DNA of 46,898 nt. Origin: Macrostomum lignano (lineage: Eukaryota). Under the pieces are notes generated by a model. It was not told where the DNA came from. It searched no databases and saw nothing but the letters and a program-made list of their open reading frames with translations. The first letter of the stretch is position 1; every line of letters begins with the position of its first letter. The DNA is taken from the NCBI GenBank assembly GCA_002269645.1, contig NIVC01004408.1, positions 1 through 46,898 of the forward strand. Reading direction: 5' to 3'. Below, piece after piece: positions 35,137 to 46,000 of the stretch. The position numbers and the translations under genes are program-made.

Positions 35137-36100
35137 ATGTCCCGTCCCATAAACATGCCAGCCAATCACCAACTGGAGGTGCCTGTGTATTTCTGCCGCC
35201 ATGCCGAGTCTACATACAATGCCCATGGCGACTCCAGTCCAGATGTGCCCCTGTCAGAGCGGGGCAGGGCTCAGGCTAAGGCTTTGTCTGGCCACTATCA
35301 CATAGTGCTGTGCTCACCTATGCAGAGGGCGAGGCAGACTATTGAGCTGAGTAAGATCACCTACAGCAAAATGCTGGTGAGATCCCGGTTAAAATATCTA
35401 TTTATGGTTTTTTATTAGCTTATTTTTCAATTTCTTATCAATCCGATCTTTATTTAGCTTCTCATCTAATCTGAGCTCTCTGTCTCATCCAGATCGAGAG
35501 TGATGTCTATTCTCACCAAAGGGGCTCTCTGTCTCATCCATTGTGATGTCTATTCTCACCAAAAGGGGCGGCTCTCTGTCTCATCCATTGTGATGTCTAT
35601 TCTCACCAAAGGGGCTCTGTCTCATTCTAGTCTCTAGTCTCTTCAAGCTCTAGTCTCTATCCATAAGCTCTAGTCTCTATCCATAAACTCTAGTCTCACT
35701 GGATAAACTCAAGTCTGACCCAATGCCGAAGTGTCTAACACAACCATTGTTGCCACCCACTTGCGCCCAGGTGGTGCCCGAGCTGCGCGAAGTGGTGTCG
35801 GTGAGCTCCGACCAACTGGCCCACGAGCGCAGCTGGCACGAGACGGGCAGCCAGGCGCAGGAGCGGTGCGCCGCAGTCCTCCAGCTGCTGAAAAGCGAAG
35901 CGGCGGCGGCGGCGGCGGCAGGCGGCAGTCCCAGAATCCTGCTGGTGTCGCACTGCGTGTTCGGTGGCCGGCTGTACGCGCACTGCAATGCGGACTCGCC
36001 CAGATGTCCGAAGTTGCGCAACGCTGCGATCGTCCCGTTCCCGGTGACCACCCTGTCCGGACAGAAGAGCCAACGGAATGGCAAGATGGCTGGCCTCTGA
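35137..36100 (+). CDS. Histidine phosphatase (phosphoglycerate mutase-like) paralogue 1; exons 35137-35376 and 35771-36100
   Basis: VYFCRHAES, LSERGRAQA, CSPMQRARQT, ELRE and LLVSH motifs; intron CTG|GTGAGA...CCCAG|GTG in phase 0. The start could instead be the ATG at 35155. Confidence 0.88.
35478..35695. repeat. Two short tandem repeats (~40-bp x3 and ~20-bp x3) in the HP1 intron
   Basis: CTCTGTCTCATCCA..GTGATGTCTATTCTCACCAAAGGGG and CTCTAGTCTCTATCCATAA repeated. Confidence 0.85.
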
Positions 36101-36596
36101 GCTTGAGACTGTTCACCGTAATCTAATCATGCGAAAGCAGTGCTTTTAAATACTTCAATTTCGACATTGGGGCTCGTATTTACTGTTGCCTGATTGGTTC
36201 CACGTGTTTGCAGTGAAGCTCCTCGTTTATTCAGAGATCCTCAACAGTTCTAGTTATTTTTCATACTTGTCCCTACTGTGGCACATCCGCGTGCTTTAAG
36301 TAAAAAGAAGCGCTTTGTTTATGCCTGTCTTGTTTGCAGAAATATAATTGTGAAAACATAATCTCTAAGAATTTTGATTATAAACATTGCTAAAAATATA
36401 ATAGTAATGATTATAAACTATCTATCGCGTTGCTTAGCTGCTGAATCACAGTTCGCCAGCTGTGATTGGCTGGCAGCTTTTCAAAGTAAGCCGAAGTCAA
36501 ATTACTTTGGGCTACATTCAAGTCAACATTAACTGCAATTCATGCCGCCGGAAATCACCTAGCAACCGGTCCCAATATCACCCAGCAATCTGCCAC

Positions 36597-37139
36597 ATGT
36601 CCGGAAATGAGCAGAGCTCGGACACTAAAAAGTCCGCCGTGTACTTTTGCCGCCACGCCGAGTCGCGTCACAACGCCTTCGGAGACAACAGCGTCGACGT
36701 TGATCTATCGGAGCGCGGCGAGTCGCAGGCGCGGGCGCTGACCGGCGAGTTCGACCTCGTCCTCTGCTCGCCGATGCGTCGGGCTCGCCGAACTCTCGAC
36801 CTCAGCGGCATTCGCTATCAACGCCTGGAGATTGTGCCGCAGATGCGCGAGTGGATCTTCGATCTGTCCGACCAGATGGCCGGGGAGCCGGCCGAACTTC
36901 GGGAGTCGCTTGTCGACATCGAGCGGCGCTGTCAGATGGTTCGAGAGCGGCTCCGCTCGCTGCTGTCAGTCAATGGTGCTGGCGTTGAAGACGCGGCGCC
37001 GCGCAGCGTCCTGCTGGTGTCGCACGCCGCCTTCGGACGAGAGTTGTTCCGAGTGTGCGGCTGCGACAGGCCGATCGGCAACATCGCCAATGCCGTCATC
37101 TACCCGTTCAACCTGGACTTCAGCTCGCCTGCCAGCTAA
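36597..37139 (+). CDS. Histidine phosphatase paralogue 2, intronless (180 aa)
   Basis: VYFCRHAESRHN...LSERGESQA...CSPMRRARRT...QMRE...VLLVSH. Confidence 0.92.
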   Translation: MSGNEQSSDTKKSAVYFCRHAESRHNAFGDNSVDVDLSERGESQARALTGEFDLVLCSPMRRARRTLDLSGIRYQRLEIVPQMREWIFDLSDQMAGEPAELRESLVDIERRCQMVRERLRSLLSVNGAGVEDAAPRSVLLVSHAAFGRELFRVCGCDRPIGNIANAVIYPFNLDFSSPAS

Positions 37140-37224
37140 TATTCAAATATTCGGGAAGTTGCAAGCATTAGCATAATTTTATTGAATTGCCCAATGACTC
37201 GAGGATTACAGAGATTGCTGCTTG

Positions 37225-37626
37225 ATTACACCAGAGCGCTGTCCCATTACACCAGAGCGCTGTCCCATTATACCGGAGCGCTGTCCCATTACACCAGAGC
37301 GCTGTCCCATTATACCGGAGCGCTGTCCCATTACACCAGAGCGCTGTCCCATTACACCAGAGCGCTGTCCCATTACACCAGAGCGCTGTCCCATTACACC
37401 AGAGCGCTGTCCCATTATACCGGAGCGCTGTCCCATTACACCAGAGCGCTGTCCCATTATACCGGAGCGCTGTCCCATTATACCGGAGCGCTGTCCCATT
37501 ACACCAGAGCGCTGTCCCATTATACCGGAGCGCTGTCCCATTATACCGGAGCGCTGTCCCATTATACCAGAGCGCTGTCCCATTATACCGGAGCGCTGTC
37601 CCATTACACCAGAGCGCTGTCCCATT
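37225..37626. repeat. 21-bp minisatellite (ATTACACCAGAGCGCTGTCCC)n, ~19 copies
   Basis: Direct. Confidence 0.96.
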
Positions 37627-38204
37627 TCCAAGTCCTAGATTTAATTGTGTTTTTTACCTACTTTAATAATTCTAATCAAATTTAATAGCACTTTTACTGA
37701 CTATTCCGCCACGGCTGTCAGATGCAGATGTTGTTACTCAATAGTAGTCAGTTTTGCATATGTTCGCGAATTCGATCTTTCTCTTAGATTTCCAATGCAA
37801 TCGTAGAATATTATATATTTAGTAACTATGGCATACAGCCTCGACTATTACAATAGTTCTACTAATTACACGCATGTAGTAGAACTTCTTGGTAGACAAA
37901 ATGCTAATCTCGAGTTGAAGACGATGATGGTTAACAACTGTGATTTTTATAACATTTGCCATTTTTGTTCAACTTAACTTATTTGTACCCAATAAAGTTT
38001 TCCACTGTTTATGGAGATAAATATACTGGTTAGATTATCGATATCTATTGTTAATTGCTATAATAAAATAATGTTTTAAGAAAAATGCATCAACCATGAA
38101 AGCCAGCTATTTAGCCTAAGATATCAGCATTTTCTTGAGCTTTGGAATCAAAGCACCCCTTTAAGCCATGGCCTACCAACAAATCCCTTTTGACCATTGC
38201 GCCA

Positions 38205-38905
38205 GCGATTCCCCATGAGTCTTGGGCATTGCAGCGATTCCCCATGAGTCTTGGGCATCTCAGCGATTCCCCATGAGTCTTGGGCATCTCAGCGATTCCC
38301 CATGAGTCTTGGGCATCTCAGCGATTCCCCATGAGTCTTGGGCATCTCAGCGATTCCCCATGAGTCTTGGGCATCTCAGCGATTCCCCATGAGTCTTAAG
38401 CATCTCAGAAATTCCCTATGAGTCTTGGGCATCTCAGCGATTCCCCATGAGTCTTGGGCATCTTAGCGATTCCCCATGAGTCTTGGGCATCTCAGCGATT
38501 CCCCATGAGTCTTGGGCACCTCAGCGATTCCCCATGAGTCTTGGGCATCTCAGCGATTCCTCATGATTCTTGGGCATCTTAGCGATTTCCTATGAGTCTT
38601 GGGCATCTCAGCGATTCCCCATGAGTCTTGGGCATCTCAGCGATTCCTCATGATTCTTGGGCATCTTAGCGATTTCCTATGAGTCTTGGGCATCTTAGCG
38701 ATTTCCTATGAGTCTTGGGCATCTCAGCGATTCCCCATGAGTCTTGGGCATTGCAGCGATTCCCCATGAGTCTTGGGCATCTCAGCGATTCCCCATGAGT
38801 CTTGGGCATCTCAGCGATTCCCCATGAGTCTTGGGCATTGCAGCGATTCCCCATGAGTCTTGGGCATCTCAGCGATTCCCCATGAGTCTTGGACATCTCA
38901 GCGAT
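38205..38905. repeat. 29-bp minisatellite (GCGATTCCCCATGAGTCTTGGGCATCTCA)n, ~24 copies
   Basis: Direct; its reverse complement resembles the 31.3-kb unit. Confidence 0.96.
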
Positions 38906-39036
38906 CCCCGTAAGTTTTGGGGAATTTATTTTGCCCTGTTGCACCACAAAGCAGCTCTCGCTCAAGTTGCTCGCTCACTTGGGGTTCGATTCCCGATCAT
39001 CGACCAACTATACCGATCCGTCACTTGCTGCACAGC

Positions 39037-39603
39037 ATGAGCGCCAAGCAGGCAGCTAAGGTGTACTTCTGCCGGCACGCCCAGTCGACTTTCAACTCCA
39101 GCGGCGACAACTCGCCAGACGTGCCGCTCTCCTCAGCTGGCGAGGCCCAGGCGCGGCAGCTCAGCGGCCACTTCAGCCTGGTGCTCTGCTCGCCGATGCG
39201 CCGCGCCCAGCTCACCCTGCGGCTCAGCGAGATCACCTACGACCGGCTGGAGACCGTCCAGGAGTTGCGCGAGCAGCTGAACGAAGGCAGCGACCTGCTG
39301 CCTGGCGAGGGCTACGAGAAGCTGGGCGAGTCGGACGCGAGCTTCGCCAGTCGGGTCAGCCAGGTGCGCAACCGCCTGCTGCAGGTGAGCGATTGCTATT
39401 CTCCTGCACTTGTGCTTTGTTGTTACTGGCGTGACACACATCGCAACACTTTGCAGGAGCTCGCCGACAACAAGTCGCAGGCTGACTTTCGCATCCTGGT
39501 TGTGTCGCACCTGTTCACCGGGTACGCCCTGTTCCAGGCCTGTGGAGTCCGGTCTCCGGACCTGCGCAATGCCCAGATTGTGCCGCTGCCAGGCCTGCAA
39601 TGA
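39037..39603 (+). CDS. Histidine phosphatase paralogue 3; probable 72-nt intron at 39385-39456
   Basis: VYFCRHAQS...LSSAGEAQA...CSPMRRAQLT...ELRE...ILVVSH; CAG|GTGAGC...TTTGCAG|GAG. Confidence 0.9.
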   Translation: MSAKQAAKVYFCRHAQSTFNSSGDNSPDVPLSSAGEAQARQLSGHFSLVLCSPMRRAQLTLRLSEITYDRLETVQELREQLNEGSDLLPGEGYEKLGESDASFASRVSQVRNRLLQVSDCYSPALVLCCYWRDTHRNTLQELADNKSQADFRILVVSHLFTGYALFQACGVRSPDLRNAQIVPLPGLQ

Positions 39604-39660
39604 CCTGATTGGCACTGGCGACTGCTGGACTCACTGTGCTCAAATTTGCGTTCTGGCCTT

Positions 39661-39804
39661 CCACCGTGACCAGCCCACCGACCACCGTGACCACCCCACC
39701 GTGACCACCCCACCGTGACCACCCCACCGTGACCACCCAACCGTGACCACCCAACCGTGACCACCCAACCGTGACCACCCAACCGTGACCACCCAACCGT
39801 GACC
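39661..39804. repeat. 15-bp repeat (CCGTGACCACCC[C/A]A)n
   Basis: Direct. Confidence 0.92.
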
Positions 39805-40095
39805 AGGCTCCATACTAGCTTCACTGTAACAGAGTATCAATACGAATAAAGCATTTCCATATTCATCGAGCTCTCGATCAGAAGCCATGCGAATTTATTT
39901 GCAGGCAGAGCAAAGCCTGCATTGAAATAGGTACTCTGCTTCAATGTCCGTTTTAATTTTGTCTCTAGAGATATTCAAATAGATTTTATTACAATAAAAC
40001 ACTGGAGATTGCAATTAATCTTGTATGCTTTATAATGAACTTTTCGACCCGAAGTTAAAAAGTATTTGACGTTTCTTCATATTTGAAATTAATAA

Positions 40096-40112
40096 CTACT
40101 ACTACTACTACC

Positions 40113-40163
<51 letters not shown>

Positions 40164-40192
40164 TTTACTACTACCAACTACCACTACTACTA

Positions 40193-40242
<50 letters not shown>

Positions 40243-40265
40243 TTTACTACTACCAACTACCACTA

Positions 40266-40313
<48 letters not shown>

Positions 40314-40340
40314 TTACTACTACTACTACTATACTATATA
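40096..40340. repeat. (ACT)n trinucleotide microsatellite
   Basis: Direct. Confidence 0.97.
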
Positions 40341-41130
40341 AACCACCACAACCAAATTTAGTAAAACACAGGAGACTTGCAATTGTGCTACAATCCAATC
40401 AAGCATATTTTTTTATTTATTAAAAACTTTCGCTTGTGACTTCACTCGCTTGCGTTCTTTGGGCTTTTACATATAGAGTCATCAAAAATTTTGAAGCTAA
40501 ATTTCCATTGAGATATGCAAAGGTAAAAAGGGTTGCTAGTCTCACCTCTCCAATCCGGTTTCTGAGCATTCAGTGCAGGCATTTTTCCTAAAAAGATTCT
40601 TCTAGATCAGCGCAGAGTGCACAGATCAGCGCATTCAACACCTGACCGGCAGGATTCAGGTGGGGATTATTCGAGCAAATGAATTTCTTCTAAAAAATAA
40701 GTAATTCGATCAACTTTACGTGAAATAAAGGTGAAAAGCCAAGAAAACTTGGCTCTAGAATCGATCAAGAGGGCTGCTGGTTTGCTGTAAATGTCACATT
40801 GACATAGCAGAGCAGCTAAGGTGACAACAAATGAAAATGTAAATTTGATTTTCTACTCGCTTTTCCGGGTTTGTTTTCTGCGTTTCGGCGCGAATTTGAA
40901 TTTCCAAAATTGACACTTTTCTGAACTTAAAAATCGATACAGCGCGGTCGCCAACGCTTCTTTCGGCGAATACATATCTAGCTAACTGGGCGTAGTGTCC
41001 TAAGGAATCTGCACTCAAATCCCGTAGGTGATGCAGTGGATTAGAAGTACATATGCATGTCAACAAAGAATTTCCAAACACAATTAAGTCTCAACTTTCT
41101 CCATCGTCGCACGTCGTGTGTTTCGCCGTC

Positions 41131-43388
41131 TCAGACGTCGTCTACTTCGTCGCAGCGGGTGACCCGCTCCCTGTAGACCAGCTCCTCGCTGTTCATGTCT
41201 AGGAACAGCATCACCATGGCAACGATGACGCTGAGCACGGAGACCCAGCCGATGTAGTAGGCCCAGCCGATGTCCCACTGGGCAGCCGTCTGCGGCGCCC
41301 GGCGCTCCGAGATCTCGCGCATGTGGCTGATGGGGAAGGCGATCAGGGCCACCGACTCGACCAGGGCTGTGGGAGGTGTCCGATATGTAGCGATGTCAAT
41401 GCGTGTTTTCCTGCATGCGGCTTTGAGGCGATATGGATTGATTTTTTTCCATTTACGCATCTTCAGGCTCTGTCGAATGAGTCACCAATGTCTCGAAAGG
41501 GTTGTCGGAGGCTCTAAAGAGTTGCCAGTGTCTCTTCTAAAGAGTTACCAATGTCTCTTCTAAGGAGTTACCAATGTCTCTTCTAAAGAGTTACCAATGC
41601 CCCTAGATCACGTTATCGGGGGTTCTAAAAGTGTTACCAATATCTCTAGAGCGCTGTCAGATCGAGACTCTAAAGAGTTACCAATGTCTCTAGAGCGTTG
41701 TCGGATCGAGGCTCTAAAGAGTTACTAATGTCTCTAGAGGGTATAATAGTTACTGACGTGTGAAGGGGGTTGTCAGAGGCTCTAGAGAGAGTTACCGATG
41801 TCTTAAAGGAGGGTCCGTCAGAGGCTCCAATTGTTACAAGGCTTCAACAGTAAGCAGGCAAATTTTGGTTTGATTTTTTCCTGCATTTCATGACAGTCTT
41901 ACATTAAATGAGATGGCCGTACAGACGTAAAATTCATATCGTTGAAGTAGTTGGTTCTGAACTGACAAGAGTACAACTAGGAGTCGTTGATGAAGTTTCG
42001 TTCTAAGTTTTCAAAACTAGAAGCCTAAACGATGCTACTTCAAGTAGTTGAAAAATTAATTTTGTAGCCGTTCGCTGCTATCTTTGGGGCCAGAAACAGT
42101 GTGTATTTAATCACACCCTCGTGCGCACCGCAGGACCCCTTCAGCTGTGAACTTCATCTGCGCTTTTAATAATTTCTTTGCGTGCACTTTTTTTCTTTGC
42201 GTGGGTTTTTGCTCGACCAATCCCGAGCTCCGGGCAATTACCGTGCCAGACTAGAAATCAGAATCGGGAGGCCGCGAAATCGCTCAGAAAATGATTTTGC
42301 CACGCATGGGAACTTTCTGCTATCCGAGGGCAGCGCGATTGCCCTTTCTGCCCTCCCTCTGCCACCCCCTCCGATGCACTGCGCGATTCCACTTCACCTC
42401 CGCATTCGAGGCTGACATTTTTCTTCAGAGCGTGAGAGGCAGGAAGGGGGAGTCCGCTGCCACAGAGACAGGGATTCGAAGAGCCATGCATGGTCGCGGC
42501 GCTACAATGTTCATCTGTGCGTGAGAGACGGGCAGATCGAGAAACAGCTTCGGGCAACGAGAGACGCAACTGCTGTGTCGCGATCTGAGGGGCAGCCTAA
42601 GGGTTTCTGCAGTGAAATGTCATGCACAGCATAGAGCTAGTGGCTGGGTTGCTGACTCTTCTCTGACTCTGTCCCCCACTACCTTCTTTTTGTCAGCGGC
42701 TCGTTGACAGCTCTCACCTGACACCCCCTGCAGTCCGATGGTGAAGGTGTAAATCACGGCTTTCTTGTTGGAGTCTTTAGTCAACATGCCGCAGGCGTAG
42801 GACGTGGCCGCTATGCCGCTGATGAGGGCAGCAGAGAGCATCAGGACACCGCAGGCGGCTGAGTATCCTTTACAAAATAAGGGGTGAAATCAGGACTTGA
42901 AACTTTGAAGACTTTCCAGCCTCATGCATGTGTCCTGCTCTGAAGTTAATTCAAAATCGAAATCTCACCCGTATTGGCTGGCCGGTAAGTGCAGTCGGAG
43001 ACATTGTTGCGGGTCCAGCACTCCTCCCAGAGGCCGCTGCAGGTGCTGTCGGACACGATCCAACTGCTGCTGGCTATGGCTATCATGATGAAGAACAGGT
43101 GACCCAGGGACATCATGAAGGCCAATACCTGAAAGAAGAAGATTTGAAAGAAGAACCTCAAAGCGTTCAAAGCACCCGAGCTCGCCTGGTCTAAAACAAC
43201 ATAATTCTCTAACACGGTCAGAAGCTTCGAATCTTATCGTATTGTCCAATTCAGAGAGACTGAAACCCGATGGGATTTGTTTAAGATGAAGAGAGGGGAG
43301 AACAGATGGATGCAGGGGGCGCTCACCTTGATCGGCCTCCCAACCAGGATGCGGTCCACCGCACGATGGGCGCCAGGCCGTTCGGCAT
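41131..43388 (-). CDS. Claudin/PMP22-family tetraspan protein (Kune-kune/VAB-9/TMEM47-like); exons ~43327-43388, 42969-43128, 42718-42867, 41131-41366
   Basis: Signature W...GLWEEC...C (SSSWIVSDSTCSGLWEECWTRNNVSDC); four hydrophobic segments; GWAYYIGW; tail LDMNSEELVYRER as in Kune-type claudins. Junction phases 0/1/1 are consistent. The first exon needs one extra base to be in frame, so its start is tentative. Confidence 0.88.
41490..41830. repeat. Degenerate ~22-bp repeat (TCTAAAGAGTTACCAATGTCTC) in the claudin intron
   Basis: Imperfect periodicity. Confidence 0.75.
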
Positions 43389-44844
43389 CGCCGAGCCCGT
43401 GGTGGAGCCCCGCGCCAAGTTCGCCCCGCCAGCCTGCGGAGGCTTCAAATTGCGGTTCGGCTGCTGCCGAGCGGCCACCGTAGATCCGTCGGCCTCCGCT
43501 GCCTCGCAGGACTTAAGGTAGTCCGTGAGAGGATCCGAGTGCTCCCTGTGATCAATGATTTGGCCTGTGTTTGAGCGGCGAGTCAAAGTAAAAACTCAAC
43601 AGCACCCTCTCTATACCGCTACCCGCTTCAGCGTTCAGGTCAAAAGCAATCAAGAAGTTTCTCTGCTTCAGAACAAAAAGGTAGCAGAGGGCAGCAGGGA
43701 GAAGCCGGGGGAGCTCGGGGAAGCCTGCAGCAGCGGATCTCTGGGCGCCGTTCGCTTTTCTCTATTCCATCAAGTTGCCCGCTTACGTTAGAAAAAAAGT
43801 GCAAATGCGCGCAGAAAACCCCCCAGGTGCGCGCCAGCGAATGGTGGATCAAGATATCGCAAGGGAAGAGACTTAGGGAAGAGGAATGGGGGAACAGATA
43901 AGCTGTGGGTTCGGCTAAGCCCTTCTGGGCGGGAGGCCAGTGGACAACGAAGAGAAGAACACAGCGGCGCCGCACGCACACGTGATGCCCAGTCTCCTAA
44001 GCTGACCTTCTTCCCTAGCGTTCTGCAGCCGCTTTTTCTCTATCTCTTCTATCTCGCTTTCCGTTTCGGTTCCTTGCAAGCGAACGACCCACAAAAGGGA
44101 CAACCCCGGCCTCCTGAATGAGGGCAGTTTGGCCAGCCCAAGGAGAAAGCAGATGAAGCTGGAATCTGACGAAAATGCGCTAACCGCGCGTGCGCCAGAC
44201 GTTGGCAAAGTCGGACTAAATATGGGGAGAAGACGCCACCGATGGAAGGGAGAATATCCCTATAGATCAGCGGTCTGGCGTGTTGCGAGTGCCCCGAGAG
44301 AATGTCCGCCAGATTGCCGGACGCCCTCCGCAGAAGATGACGTGCATGCCGGGAGAGGCGCAGGAGAGAGAGAGCGATTGGATACTGTCGGATTGCCCAG
44401 CTACCGCAGAAAATGTCAGTATCAGAGAGTAAGAGCCCCTTGAAGTCCATGTCCGGTGCCCAATGGTGCGGAGGCCCAGGGAAGAATCTTTAATTACGGA
44501 CCTTAGCGGTCTTCTTTCTGTTTGCTGTTGATAAGAAATTAAGTTGTGACGTCTAAGTCCAGAAACGCCTCAATGCTTTTCGATTCAACTTATTCGAAGT
44601 AAGATACGAAATTTGTTACGTGCGCACTTCAAAATCAATTATCCAAGCCGACCAGGCAAATACAGTCAATACAAATATATGCAGGACATGCGTGTACGTA
44701 CATGTACGTATATGCAGCCGTTGTACAAAAGTGCTGTAGATGCCTGCAGCTACTGTTGTGTTTATACATGCACAGTGATCATATAAATATGTTTATTTTT
44801 AGAGATCGCTACAATAACAAAAGCTGTCAGGGTTTTTAGAAGGC

Positions 44845-46000
44845 AACGTCACAGGGCGCGCCTATGGGCCAGGTGCGCAACGAAGGCCCCGCCGCTGACC
44901 GATGCCGAGACACCGGCGTCAGCCAGCAGGCAAGTCGACGAAACGCCGAGTCCGCGCCTGTCCCCGCTGGGTGTCTGCAGCGTCAGCAGCAGCATCTCCT
45001 GCACCGTCTGTGGGAAGTACTACTCGGTGCGGTTGTTCTGGCCCGTCAACTGGAGTTGCCGACGGCACAACACGCGCGTCTCTTGGACGGACCAGGCCGG
45101 CGCTGTGATACAGTGCCGCGTTGGAAACTCAATCTTGAAGGCAGCGCGTTAGTGTTCCGCGTCTACTTGTTGCTCGAGCGAGTTGTTCAGCATCCAGTTC
45201 CCAACGTGGTACAGCTGGACGGTCTCGACCACTGCCTAAAACAGCGCTTGCCCTCTGGCGGTCAGGTACGGCCTCGTAGTGCAGGACTGCCCTCACAGAA
45301 CGAAAGGCAGCCCAGGCAAGCCCGTGGCGACGCAGCAGGTCCTCACGGACGACGAGAACCAGAACAAGACACCGAGAGGTTGATGAACTGCTGACTACTC
45401 GGAAGCTCCGTCACCTGTCCTCGGCGCAAAATTGCAGACTCGATGTCGTCCGGCACGCAAAGCCCGACGCGGTCTTCTGCGTGTTGACCACCAGGCCGAC
45501 ACTCACCGCAACAGCAATCAGCTTGTCCAGTTGTCGCTGAGCGCCCTCGACAGCAGGGCGAAATCGTCGGCGTATCCAAGCACGCAGAGTCGCCTCTCCG
45601 CGGTTGACATCGACCCACGTCGGTTGACGTCGAAGCCGTCGTCGTTGTTTGAAAGAGCAATTCGCAGCACTTAGTCAAGCACCAAAGGAACAGGAACGGT
45701 AATAGCGTATCTCCCTGCAGAACTCTAGGAGGATGTCTCGAAAAGGTATGATAGGCTATCCGGTGCTGCAAAAGCAGGTTTTGCATCACGGTACATTGCC
45801 ATGATGGCAGATACATGTACTAAAGCTTCTCTGGCACGATTGTACGCACGGAGCAACCTCTGTGAGCTTGGACATGACAACCGAGTCGAATGCCTTCTCG
45901 AATGGCCACGGGGCCAGAAGCCGTACTGCTACATGTAAAGGACGCAGGCACGGATCTAAGCACTGCGACTGCAACCGCGATAACAGCATCCGGTTAAACA
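44845..46000 (-). mobile_element. Decayed non-LTR retrotransposon (LINE, RTE-like) RT and 3' remnant
   Basis: Scattered across frames: FEKAFDSV, VLQGDTLLPFLF, LGYADDFALL, GLVVNTQKT and DLLRRHGLAWAAF, with many stops and frameshifts. The clade assignment is tentative. Confidence 0.85.

Noticed and set aside
37182-37685. Repetitive ORFs (HYTRALS.., GQRSGVM.., PERCPIT..)
   Set aside because: Translations of the 21-bp array.
40083-40398. PolyT/polyY/polyV ORFs
   Set aside because: Translations of the (ACT)n microsatellite.
44864-45989. Short ORFs as functional genes
   Set aside because: Fragments of a decayed LINE; the RT motifs are split across frames with stops.
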